Shown here: piece after piece, positions 24,340 to 32,033 of the stretch
Numbering within the stretch: position 1 is the first letter of the stretch
How the letters are laid out: each line of letters opens with the position of its first letter
Assembly (NCBI GenBank): GCA_040754355.1
Contig: JBFMCM010000121.1
Location: 1 to 32,033, forward strand
From: Chloroflexota bacterium
GTDB taxonomy: Bacteria > Chloroflexota > Anaerolineae > Anaerolineales > Villigracilaceae
Length of the DNA: 32,033 bases
Direction: 5' to 3'
The notes under the pieces: generated by a model
Database searches by the model: none
What the model was told of the DNA's origin: nothing
The model's input: only the letters and a program-made list of their open reading frames with translations
Translations under genes and position numbers: made by a program

Positions 24340-24975
24340 GTGAAAATACTGGCTGTCAGTGACATCGTGGATGACCGCCTCTACACCCCCCGCCTGAAGG
24401 AGAATTTCTCCTCGGTGGACCTCGTGCTGGGATGCGGCGACCTGCCCTATGAGTACCTCGAATTCCTGGTCTCATCCCTCAATGTGCCTCTCCTGTACGT
24501 GCCGGGGAACCACGACCCATGCTATGACCCATCCAACCCGGCGGCGCGGGCGGATGGGTGTGAGAATATAGACCGGCAGGTGCGGCAGGTGAAAGGTCTG
24601 ACCATCGCCGGCCTGGGCGGCAGTATCCGCTATAAACCAGCCGCGGTCAACCAGTACACCCAGTCCCAGATGTGGCAACGGACCGTTTCCCTGGCGCCTG
24701 CCCTGCTCTGGTCGCGGCTGCGCAGCGGGCACCGGCTCGATATCATGATTGCCCATTCCCCGCCGTTCGGCCTCCACGATGACGATGACCAGGCGCACAC
24801 CGGCTTCGCCGCCTTCGTCGCATTGATCAGAACCTTCCGGCCGCGCTATTTCCTGCATGGACACACCCTGGCGAATAAGACCAACCTCGACGAATCTCTC
24901 TCCTTAGTGAATAGCACACGAGTAATCAACATCAACCCCTACCGGTTGATTGAAGTGGAGTTATATGTTCGATAA
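24340..24975 (+). CDS. Calcineurin-like metallophosphoesterase
   Basis: The start is GTG, 7 nt after GGAG. The motifs are ILAVSDIVD, GCGDL, VPGNHD and AHSPP..GH. Confidence 0.8.
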   Translation: MKILAVSDIVDDRLYTPRLKENFSSVDLVLGCGDLPYEYLEFLVSSLNVPLLYVPGNHDPCYDPSNPAARADGCENIDRQVRQVKGLTIAGLGGSIRYKPAAVNQYTQSQMWQRTVSLAPALLWSRLRSGHRLDIMIAHSPPFGLHDDDDQAHTGFAAFVALIRTFRPRYFLHGHTLANKTNLDESLSLVNSTRVININPYRLIEVELYVR

Positions 24976-25810
24976 TTTTACTGACCGCGTGCGCAAGGAC
25001 TTTGCCCGCGCCCGTTTCAAAGCCTTCCTCAACCGCGTCCGCCGGCTGCTGGGCGGCCAGCCGACCGCCATGCTTTCTTACGACGAAGTCAAGGAGAAAC
25101 TGCGCATCGGCGGCCCGGTCTACCGCGGCGTACAGGTCGTCCCGCTTGAGAAGATCGCCGGCAGCCTGAACCGCTACCACCAGTTCGACCGCGCCTTCAT
25201 GCCGCTCGAAGACCAGATTGCCAACCGCTGGCAGAACATTGACCGCGCCTTCTACCAGGATGTCAGCCTGCCGCCGGTGGTGCTCTACAAGATTGGCGAG
25301 GTGTATTTCGTCGTGGATGGTCATCACCGCGTCTCGGTGGCGCGCGACCAGGGCCAGGAGTTCATAGATGCCGAGGTGCGCGAGTGCCAGACCAAGGTCA
25401 ATATCACCCCGGATATCGAGCCGGAAGACCTGGAAATCCTGGGCGAAAAAGCCTTCTTCCTGGAACGAACCAACCTCGACCGCATCCGCCCGAAGGCCAA
25501 CATCGTGCTCACCATTCCCGACGGCTTCGACCGCATGTTGGAGCACATCGCCGTGCATCGCTATTTCATGGGCCTCGATTGGCAGCATGACATTTCGGAA
25601 GAGGAAGCCGTGGGGCACTGGTACGACACCGTTTACCAGCCCATCGTCCGTACGATCCGGCGCTCCGGCATCCTGAAGGAATTCCCCGGGAAAACCGAAG
25701 CCGACCTGTATTTATGGGTGCTCGACCGCCAGCGCTTTCTCAACCAGGAAGGGCGTAATCTATCCAGCCCGCAGAAGGCAGCCAAAGATTTCATTGACGA
25801 AGTGAAGTGA
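24965..25810 (+). CDS. ParB/Sulfiredoxin-fold protein (DGHHR motif) with a DUF4032-like C-terminal region
   Basis: LPPVVLYKIGEVYFVVDGHHRVSVARDQG is the ParB/Srx core. The C-terminal HIAVHRYFMGLDWQHDISEEEAVGHWYDTVYQP resembles DUF4032 (tentative). ATG 24965 overlaps the previous gene by 11 nt. Confidence 0.7.
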   Translation: MFDNFTDRVRKDFARARFKAFLNRVRRLLGGQPTAMLSYDEVKEKLRIGGPVYRGVQVVPLEKIAGSLNRYHQFDRAFMPLEDQIANRWQNIDRAFYQDVSLPPVVLYKIGEVYFVVDGHHRVSVARDQGQEFIDAEVRECQTKVNITPDIEPEDLEILGEKAFFLERTNLDRIRPKANIVLTIPDGFDRMLEHIAVHRYFMGLDWQHDISEEEAVGHWYDTVYQPIVRTIRRSGILKEFPGKTEADLYLWVLDRQRFLNQEGRNLSSPQKAAKDFIDEVK

Positions 25811-25840
25811 GAGGCTGCTTCGGGTACAAGACACTGACTA

Positions 25841-26662
25841 ATGGACACCTGGCGTATAATCCTTCAATCCACCCCGGCCCGCGGTGCATGGAACATGGCC
25901 GTGGACGAAGCCATCCTCGCAGCCGCCGGGCGCGGCGAGTCGCTCCCGACCCTGCGCCTGTACGCCTGGGAACCGGCCTGCCTCTCACTCGGCTACGCCC
26001 AGCCGGTCCGCGACGTGGACCGCGAGCGCCTGCATGCCCGCGGCTGGGACCTCGTCCGTCGCCCGACCGGAGGCCGCGCCGTCCTGCACGTGGACGAACT
26101 GACCTACTCGGTCACGGGTCCACTGGATGAACCCCGCCTGGCCGGCACGGTGCTGGAGAGTTACAACCGCCTGGCCGCGGCGCTGACGGAGGCCCTGCGT
26201 ACCCTCGGCCTTCCCGTCCAGGTGCAGGAGCACAGCAAATCAGCCAGCCGGACGGCCAACCCCGTCTGCTTCGAGATGCCCTCCACCTACGAGATTACGG
26301 TCAATGGGAAGAAACTGGTCGGCTCGGCCCAGGCGCGGCGAAAAGAGGGTGTGCTCCAGCACGGCTCCCTGCCGCTGACCGGCGACCTGAGGCGCATCCT
26401 GCAGGCGCTGGCCTACCCGGACGAAGAGTCCCGTACCCGCGCCGCCGAAAGACTCCTGCGGCAGGCGACAACCGTGGAAACGGCCCTGGGACGCGTGGTC
26501 GCCTGGGAGGAGGCCGCCGAGGCATTTGTCTCTGCCTTCCGCTCCGTGCTCGCTCTGGACCTCCAGCCTGCTGGCCTCACCCGGCAGGAGACCTCCCGCG
26601 CGGAGGAACTAATGGCTGCGAAATACACCAGTCCCAACTGGACTGAGAATAAAAAAAGTTGA
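25841..26662 (+). CDS. Lipoate-protein ligase / octanoyltransferase family protein (BPL_LplA_LipB domain)
   Basis: The matching segments are AVDEAIL...PTLRLYAW.PACLSLGY.Q...RRPTGGRAVLH..ELTYS...KLVGSAQARRKEGVLQHGSL. Confidence 0.85.
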   Translation: MDTWRIILQSTPARGAWNMAVDEAILAAAGRGESLPTLRLYAWEPACLSLGYAQPVRDVDRERLHARGWDLVRRPTGGRAVLHVDELTYSVTGPLDEPRLAGTVLESYNRLAAALTEALRTLGLPVQVQEHSKSASRTANPVCFEMPSTYEITVNGKKLVGSAQARRKEGVLQHGSLPLTGDLRRILQALAYPDEESRTRAAERLLRQATTVETALGRVVAWEEAAEAFVSAFRSVLALDLQPAGLTRQETSRAEELMAAKYTSPNWTENKKS

Positions 26663-26685
26663 GGGTCGTCGCCTTCAACTTTTTT
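26650..26685. terminator. Bidirectional intrinsic terminator between convergent genes
   Basis: A7, GTTGAGGG, a tcgtcg loop, CCTTCAAC, then T7 (one G-T wobble pair in the stem). Confidence 0.75.
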
Positions 26686-26705
26686 TGTTTTTTGCCTTTG
26701 GTTTT

Positions 26706-27395
26706 TTATGGTTCTGCCTGCACGAACTCCACGAATTCATACCCCAGCGCGTTGAAGAACTTCTCCAGGTACACCTCGGCGTTGACCCGCGCCTGCTCGA
26801 GGATGCCGTCTTCCAGGGCGGCGTTGAGGATCTCCTGCTCGGCCACCTGGCGGGCAAGCGTCTCGAGGTCCGGATCGGGGTTCGTCAGGATGCCGGTGTC
26901 CCGGTCGTAGACATAGGACTTATCGTTATCCAACGTGGCGACCAATATCTCGGCCTCCGGCAGGCGGATGTTCAGGACGCCGTTCTCGAGCCACAGGTCT
27001 GCTTCGTCCATCTTGGCCATGTCAATCCCGGCGATCACGTACCCGTGGCCGACGAAGAGCAGCCTTTCCCCGAAGAAGGGAGCCAGCAAGCCCTGCCCAG
27101 TCTCGGCCGTCACTACTTTCTCGACCGTGTAGTGGATCGTCTCCAGTTTTGCCACCGCCCGCACCTCGTTGATGATCGTGACCGGGTCCGGGATGACGGT
27201 GGGGGTGGGGTGCAGCAGGTCGTAGACCTGTGTGCTGAGTTGTTCGTTGACCTGCTGGATGGGGGACAGAGTCTGCTTGATGCTGTTATTGACGGTCGAA
27301 ATGGTATACCAGACTATGACCGCGATGAGTAGCAAGCCTGCCGCGCCAAGGGTCATCCAGAGGGAAGTGCTCGACTTTGGTTTATTATCTGACAT
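26706..27395 (-). CDS. DUF4230 domain protein with an N-terminal TM anchor
   Basis: The TM helix is LWMTLGAAGLLLIAVIVWY. IINEVRAVAKLETIHYTVEKVV...GHGYVIAGIDM...VLNIRLPEAEIL is typical of DUF4230. Confidence 0.8.
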   Translation of the reverse strand: MSDNKPKSSTSLWMTLGAAGLLLIAVIVWYTISTVNNSIKQTLSPIQQVNEQLSTQVYDLLHPTPTVIPDPVTIINEVRAVAKLETIHYTVEKVVTAETGQGLLAPFFGERLLFVGHGYVIAGIDMAKMDEADLWLENGVLNIRLPEAEILVATLDNDKSYVYDRDTGILTNPDPDLETLARQVAEQEILNAALEDGILEQARVNAEVYLEKFFNALGYEFVEFVQAEP

Positions 27396-27430
27396 GCAGC
27401 GATTATATTCTTAAAAATGATAGTTGTCAC

Positions 27431-27459
27431 TTGCCTATCTCGTTATTTGGAGTTATTAT
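27431..27459 (+). promoter_or_regulatory. Candidate promoter of the phn transporter genes
   Basis: TTGCCT (27431-27436), a 17-nt spacer, then TATTAT (27454-27459). Confidence 0.4.
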
Positions 27460-27518
27460 CATAACGTTTGGGCGATACGCCCGTCAATTCATATCTCATG
27501 AGAGGAGAGGAAGGTAGT

Positions 27519-28631
27519 ATGAAGAAACTGTCTTTGCTTGTTTCCCTGCTCGTGGCCGTAGTGATGCTGCTCGCCGCATGCACCCCGGCGCCTACGCCGA
27601 CCCCGGCGATGACCGAACCGCCGGCCACCGAGCCGCCGGCAACCGAGCCACCCCTGCCGCCCCTGGGCAGCACAGAACGCCCGATCAAGGTCCTGTTCGT
27701 CCCGTCGGTGGACAATACCGCGATCATCTCAGGCGGTGAGATCCTACAACAAGCACTCTCTGACGCGACTGGGTATTCCTTCGTCGTCAGTGTCCCGACC
27801 TCCTACGCGGCCACCATCGAGGAAATGTGCGCCTCGCCGGACGACACCATGGGCTTCATCCCCGGCCTGGGCTATGCCCTTGCCAATCAGTTGTGCGGTG
27901 TGACCGTCGGTGCCAAGGCCGTCCGCTTTGGCCTGGACTGGTACGCGGCGCAGATCATCGTCAAGCGCGACAGCGCCTTCCAGACCGTCGCCGACCTGAA
28001 CGGCCTGAAGTGGGCCTACCCGGATGCCACTTCAACGTCTGGTTACTTGTACCCGCAGTATATGTTCCAGGAGGCTGGCATCACCGTTGGTGAGACCGTG
28101 GAAGCCGGTTCGCATGATGCGGTCGTCCGCGCCGTCTATAACGGCGAAGTGGACTTCGGCACCACCTTTTGGTCGCCGCCAAACGTTCAGCAAGAGGATG
28201 GGAGTTTCCTCTCCCTGGGCGTGACCTTGGGTGTTGATTCCCTGCTCCAACCGGAAATCCCGGAGGAACTAATTCCCGACTGCGCTGTGACCGAGGATGG
28301 CAAGAAGATCCTCTGCGGCACCTATGAGGTCCGCGATGCCCGCCGCAACATCCGCGCAGAGGCGACGGATGTGATCCAGATGGTGCGCATCCTGGCCGTC
28401 ACCCCGGCCATCGCGAACGACACCCTGTCCTTCGGCCCCGGGTTCGATACCGCTGTACGCGATGCCATCCTGACGGCGCTCTTCGACTTCGCCACCAACG
28501 ACCCCGAAGGCTTTGCGACTGCGTTCCAGTCCTATTCATGGACGAACGTCATACCGGCAACGGATGCCGATTACGATCCCATCCGCTCCGCTATCGAGGC
28601 CTCCGGCTTCTCGCTGGAAAACCTGCCGTAA
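27519..28631 (+). CDS. phnD: Phosphonate/phosphite ABC transporter substrate-binding lipoprotein (PhnD family)
   Basis: ATG follows GAGGAGAGGAAGG. The lipobox is LLAAC, followed by a TEPPA repeat linker. The PhnD-like core is PIKVLFVPS...GFIPGLGY...WAYPDATSTSGYLYP. Confidence 0.85.
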   Translation: MKKLSLLVSLLVAVVMLLAACTPAPTPTPAMTEPPATEPPATEPPLPPLGSTERPIKVLFVPSVDNTAIISGGEILQQALSDATGYSFVVSVPTSYAATIEEMCASPDDTMGFIPGLGYALANQLCGVTVGAKAVRFGLDWYAAQIIVKRDSAFQTVADLNGLKWAYPDATSTSGYLYPQYMFQEAGITVGETVEAGSHDAVVRAVYNGEVDFGTTFWSPPNVQQEDGSFLSLGVTLGVDSLLQPEIPEELIPDCAVTEDGKKILCGTYEVRDARRNIRAEATDVIQMVRILAVTPAIANDTLSFGPGFDTAVRDAILTALFDFATNDPEGFATAFQSYSWTNVIPATDADYDPIRSAIEASGFSLENLP

Positions 28632-28647
28632 ACTTGTTTGCACGACT

Positions 28648-28683
28648 GATGGGCAGGGGATTGCTCCCCTGCCCATCTTTGTT
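28648..28683 (+). terminator. Strong intrinsic terminator after phnD
   Basis: A 13-bp stem, GATGGGCAGGGGA-ttgc-TCCCCTGCCCATC, is followed by TTTGTT. Confidence 0.75.
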
Positions 28684-28712
28684 ATCATTCCACACACCTG
28701 GATATCCTGGAG

Positions 28713-28730
28713 GGCAGACTTTAGTCTGCC
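28713..28730 (+). promoter_or_regulatory. Palindrome/hairpin GGCAGACT-TT-AGTCTGCC
   Basis: A perfect 8+8 inverted repeat is followed by T-rich sequence (TAATTCATTTTCTTT). Confidence 0.4.
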
Positions 28731-28750
28731 TAATTCATTTTCTTTGAATA

Positions 28751-28766
28751 GCGGACTGAAGTCCGC
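28751..28766 (+). promoter_or_regulatory. Palindrome/hairpin GCGGACT-GA-AGTCCGC
   Basis: A perfect 7+7 inverted repeat shares the GACTnnAGTC core with the 28713 element. It lies 39 nt upstream of the phnC ATG. Confidence 0.4.
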
Positions 28767-28804
28767 ACTCCAATTTCTATCACTTTTCGAGCAGGGACAC
28801 TTAT

Positions 28805-29557
28805 ATGCTGCATATAAAGAATCTCACCAAGGTCTATGAGGGAAGTGTACAGGCCCTGACGGATGTCAGTTTCGAGGTCCCGAAGGGGCAATTCCTGGCC
28901 GTGATCGGCCTGAGCGGCTCCGGCAAGTCCACCCTCCTGCGCTGCATCAACCGCCTGATCGAGCCGACCTCCGGGCAGGTGATTTGGAACGGGATAGATG
29001 TCACGGCTGCCTCGCCGGAGGAACTGCGCCGCATCCGCCGCAAGATCGGCATGGTCTTCCAGAACTTCAACCTGGTGCACCGTTCCAAGGTGATGACCAA
29101 CGTGCTGGCCGGACGGTTGGGCTACAACAGCCCGGCCTGGAGTCTCATCAATCGTTTCTCGCGTGAGGACAAAGAAAAAGCGATGAAACAACTGACCCGC
29201 GTCGGTATCGAAGACAAGGGCGGTTACCGCGCCGACGAACTTTCCGGCGGACAGCAGCAGCGGGTGGGCATTGCCCGCGCCATGATACAGGACCCGGATA
29301 TGATCCTGGCCGATGAGCCGGTGGCCAGCCTCGACCCGGTGCTGGCTCATAGCATCATGCGATACCTGGAACAGATCAACAAGGAAGATGGCGTGACTGT
29401 TCTTTGCAGCCTGCACTTCCTCGACATCGTCCACAAGTATGCCAACCGGGTGGTGGCACTCAACGAAGGCCGGGTGGTTTTCGAGGGCCTGCCGAGGGAA
29501 ATTGACGATAAGAAATTCAAAGAAATCTATGGCCGGGATGCCGAGAGGGTGGGGTAG
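28805..29557 (+). CDS. phnC: Phosphonate ABC transporter ATP-binding protein
   Basis: [23 protein letters not shown]..., [14 protein letters not shown] and [12 protein letters not shown] give a PhnC-type N-terminus and length. Confidence 0.9.
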   Translation: MLHIKNLTKVYEGSVQALTDVSFEVPKGQFLAVIGLSGSGKSTLLRCINRLIEPTSGQVIWNGIDVTAASPEELRRIRRKIGMVFQNFNLVHRSKVMTNVLAGRLGYNSPAWSLINRFSREDKEKAMKQLTRVGIEDKGGYRADELSGGQQQRVGIARAMIQDPDMILADEPVASLDPVLAHSIMRYLEQINKEDGVTVLCSLHFLDIVHKYANRVVALNEGRVVFEGLPREIDDKKFKEIYGRDAERVG

Positions 29558-29559
29558 CC

Positions 29560-31392
29560 ATGAAAGAGAAGAAGAACAATAAGCCCACGGTATGGAAATC
29601 CGTCCGCAATGGCATTTATTTCGCCCTGGCCATCGGATTCATCGCCTATGCCTTCCAGGTGACCAAAATTGACCTGTCGGAATTCCGCAAGACCACGCGT
29701 ATGGAGATGTGGACGCGGGCCCTGCGCGCCCTGGCCAACCCGGAAATCCTCGAGTATGAGCAAGTCGAAACAGCATACAGTTCCCCAGTCTACCTGCCTT
29801 GCCCGGAAGGGCAGACGCCCTCCCTGCCGGAAGTGGGATTCGGCGGGCCTCACCTCGTGGCTCCAACCTGTGGTGCATTGGGTGAGACGGTAGTTGTAGA
29901 GGGATTCAACTTCACGCCAGGTTCCACTGGCCCGATCGGGTTTGTCCCCAGCACGAATCTGGAATTACTCCTCATCAAGGGCACAGTCACTGCGGACGAG
30001 GAGGGTCATTTCACCTTCGAGTTTCCACTGCCGAACGACCGTGCCAGCGTGGATGTTCAATATATCCGGGTAGTCCTGAGGGAAAATGTAGGCGCTCCAT
30101 TTTTCACCGAGAATGCCAGCGCTACTTGGGAGAAGATTGTCGAGACTGTCTTCATGGCCTTCCTGGCCACCCTGATCGGAACCATCCTGTCCTTCCCGAT
30201 CAGTTTCCTGGCGGCCCGCAACCTGATGGTCAACGTGAAAAGCCCGCTAACCAGCATGGCGCTGAATATCATCGGCTGGCCGGTGGGCATCTTTGCCGGC
30301 GGCCTGCTGGCGCGCTGGATGATGCAGTTGAGCAGCATCCAGGCGGGCGGGATCTGGCTGGATATAGCCAGCGTCGTGGTAGGCGGCGGGATTGTCTGGT
30401 TCCTGCTGCGCTGGGCGCTGCTCAGCGCAGACGAGAACGCCAGTCTGCTCAAGCGCCTCCTGCGGATCACAGCGCTCCTGTTTGCCTCATTGCTGTTCGT
30501 CTATGCCACCTATGATCTCACCTCGCTTGGCATCCTCGCCGGGGAAGCCCTGCTACCCAAACTGGGCTGGTTCGCTTTCTTGGCCAACTTCATCTACCAA
30601 TCCAGTGACATTCTGCATACCATCATGATCCTGGTCGTGGCGCTGATTGTCGGCGGGGCGGTCTCCTCGCTGCTGAGCCGCATCGGGCAGCGGACGAATG
30701 AGCGCCTCTCCCCTGGTCCGTTGCAGGTTATCAACGCCCTTCTGGCAGGCATGGCCTTTGCCTTGCTGTTCGTCCTGCTCGGGGCCGGGATTGACTGGCT
30801 CTACCAGGTTGAGAACAACTTGTATGTATATACCATCCCTGGGGCGGCTGGCGGGGTGCTGGGTGTCTTGTTGGCATTCCTGACCAAGCCCAAGACATCC
30901 CTGCCGATCGGCCTGGTGGTTTATTTCATCACGCGCACCATCCTGAATGCCGTCCGTTCGGTGGAAGCGGTCATCATGGCAATCGTGTTCGTCATCTTCG
31001 TCGGCATCGGTCCGTTTGCCGGTGTGCTGGCCCTGGGATTGCATACCGTTGCCAGCCTGGCGAAACTCTACTCCGAACAGGTAGAAAGCATCATGCCTGG
31101 TCCGCTCGAAGCCATCGAGGCTACCGGCGCTAATCGCTTGCAGACCATTGTCTACGGTGTCATTCCGCAGATCATCCCGCCATACATTTCCTACACCATG
31201 TATCGCTGGGACATCAACGTGCGCATGTCCACCATTATCGGCATCACAGGCGGCGGTGGGATCGGGTTCCTGCTGGTGCAAAACATCAACCTGCTCAACT
31301 ACCGGGCGGCCTCCACCCAAATGCTGGCAATCGCCATCGTGGTGGCAAGCATGGACTACATCAGTTCCAAACTGCGCGAAAAGACGGTCTAA
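29560..31392 (+). CDS. phnE: Phosphonate ABC transporter permease (PhnE core) with an Ig-like periplasmic insertion and an extra polytopic insertion
   Basis: The C-terminal half matches PhnE (GPFAGVLALGLHTVASLAKLYSE..IEATGANRLQTIVYGVIPQIIPPYISYTMYRWDINVRMSTIIG..GGGGIG). At 610 aa it is far larger than the ~260 aa of typical PhnE. Confidence 0.85.
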   Translation: MKEKKNNKPTVWKSVRNGIYFALAIGFIAYAFQVTKIDLSEFRKTTRMEMWTRALRALANPEILEYEQVETAYSSPVYLPCPEGQTPSLPEVGFGGPHLVAPTCGALGETVVVEGFNFTPGSTGPIGFVPSTNLELLLIKGTVTADEEGHFTFEFPLPNDRASVDVQYIRVVLRENVGAPFFTENASATWEKIVETVFMAFLATLIGTILSFPISFLAARNLMVNVKSPLTSMALNIIGWPVGIFAGGLLARWMMQLSSIQAGGIWLDIASVVVGGGIVWFLLRWALLSADENASLLKRLLRITALLFASLLFVYATYDLTSLGILAGEALLPKLGWFAFLANFIYQSSDILHTIMILVVALIVGGAVSSLLSRIGQRTNERLSPGPLQVINALLAGMAFALLFVLLGAGIDWLYQVENNLYVYTIPGAAGGVLGVLLAFLTKPKTSLPIGLVVYFITRTILNAVRSVEAVIMAIVFVIFVGIGPFAGVLALGLHTVASLAKLYSEQVESIMPGPLEAIEATGANRLQTIVYGVIPQIIPPYISYTMYRWDINVRMSTIIGITGGGGIGFLLVQNINLLNYRAASTQMLAIAIVVASMDYISSKLREKTV

Positions 31393-31414
31393 CGTCTCGG
31401 ACCGTTTTACTGGT

Positions 31415-31453
31415 GTACCCCGCCCTGCAACGCCGAGGGCGGGGTACTTTTTT
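31415..31453 (+). terminator. Rho-independent terminator of the phn operon
   Basis: A 12-bp stem, GTACCCCGCCCT-gcaacgccg-AGGGCGGGGTAC, is followed by TTTTTT. Confidence 0.85.
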
Positions 31454-31469
31454 GGTACAATTCTCCCCT

Positions 31470-32033
31470 GTGTTCAAAAAATACGTCAAACGTGCTTTCA
31501 CCATGCTCTTGAAATTGATCCTGATCCTGGTTGGATTATTCATCCTCCTCGTGCTGGCGTCGCGCCTGACCACGGGCCTGTACGCGCGTCCGAAAACGTA
31601 CAGCAGTTCCGAGGTCCCGACCCGACGGGTGGCGATCATCTTCGGCGCGGGGTTGTGGCGTGACGGTTCGGCCACGCCGGTCCTCTATGACCGCGTCAAG
31701 ACGGCGGCCGAGTTGTACCATGCCGGGAAGGTCGAAGTCCTGTTGATGAGCGGAGACAACCGCTTCGTGGACTACAATGAACCCGCCGTGATGCGTGAGG
31801 TGGCGCTTTCGCTCGGCGTGCCTGAGGAAGCCATCGTGCTCGACTATGCCGGACGGCGCACCTACGACACCTGTTATCCCGCCCGTGACATCTTCCAGGT
31901 AGATGAGGTCATCCTGGTCACGCAAGCCTTCCACCTGCCGCGCGCCCTGTACATATGCAACCAACTCGGCGTGGAGGCGGTGGGCGTGGAAGCCGACCAG
32001 CGCGTCTACCGCAAGTCGTCCATGTTGTTTTGG
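31470..32033 (+). CDS. SanA/YdcF (DUF218) family protein, 3'-truncated by the window end
   Basis: This ORF is absent from the track because it has no stop within the window. The frame is open from GTG 31470 (or ATG 31503) to nt 32033. It has an N-terminal TM helix (LLKLILILVGLFILLVL) and RRVAIIFGAGLWRDGSATPVLYDRV..A.ELYHAGKV..LLMSGDN....YNEP..M......GVPEEAIVLDYAGRRTYDT. Confidence 0.8.
   Translation, partial: MFKKYVKRAFTMLLKLILILVGLFILLVLASRLTTGLYARPKTYSSSEVPTRRVAIIFGAGLWRDGSATPVLYDRVKTAAELYHAGKVEVLLMSGDNRFVDYNEPAVMREVALSLGVPEEAIVLDYAGRRTYDTCYPARDIFQVDEVILVTQAFHLPRALYICNQLGVEAVGVEADQRVYRKSSMLFW

Noticed and set aside
22250-24343. A 697-aa ORF on the + strand, the longest ORF in the window.
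   Set aside because: It lies antisense to an unmistakable nusA. Its product is low-complexity (G/D/R/L/F-rich) with no recognisable motifs, and such shadow ORFs are expected in high-GC DNA. The same reasoning applies to 516..1694(-), 9776..11008(-), 11179..11865(-), 12312..13385(-), 16639..17532(+), 17758..18813(+), 20671..21771(+), 24932..25618(-), 26685..27332(+), 28730..29434(-), 30553..31320(-) and 31536..31964(-).
27421-27440. The TTGTCAC motif upstream of phnD as a Pho box.
   Set aside because: Only a single half-site-like match is present. There is no second direct repeat at 11-bp spacing, so the evidence is insufficient.

Overview
This is a high-GC (roughly 60%) bacterial chromosomal window with no rRNA, tRNA, CRISPR array, transposase or integrase. 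The gene order and protein architectures (Tat signals, PT-rich linkers, zinc-ribbon membrane proteins) suggest a Chloroflexota-like or other Terrabacteria organism, but that is inference only.

The backbone is a minus-strand translation/transcription cluster: nusA, ylxR, infB, rbfA, a DHH (NrnA-like) phosphoesterase, truB and ribF (16.6-24.1 kb). A DUF457 hydrolase follows. After a terminator/promoter junction come a membrane protein and a fused tandem ThyX-like protein.

Other modules:
- A Tat-signal protein translationally coupled to a SPASM radical SAM enzyme (1-1715).
- Two zinc-ribbon single-pass membrane proteins, bracketed by an EamA transporter gene and a relic copy of its 3' end (1.7-5.1 kb).
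- An ABC-F ATPase preceded by a promoter, 5-codon uORF and terminator leader, followed by an AadA-like nucleotidyltransferase (5.6-8.3 kb).
- A translationally coupled five-gene operon: amidase, two L,D-transpeptidases, a LOR/Tubby-like protein and an unknown protein (8.4-12.3 kb).
- A DUF1232 gene with an in-frame TAG, an AMMECR1 gene, a metallophosphoesterase, a ParB/Srx-like protein, a lipoate ligase family protein and a DUF4230 protein.
- A phnDCE transporter whose permease carries large insertions, then a 3'-truncated SanA/DUF218 gene.

The most unusual signals are the ABC-F attenuator-like leader, two AT-rich heptanucleotide tandem arrays (one inside the ThyX-like linker, one just upstream of rbfA), the split catalytic motifs of the tandem ThyX-like protein, and the Tat-protein/SPASM pair. 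All functional calls rest on recognising motifs by eye. No database search was run.
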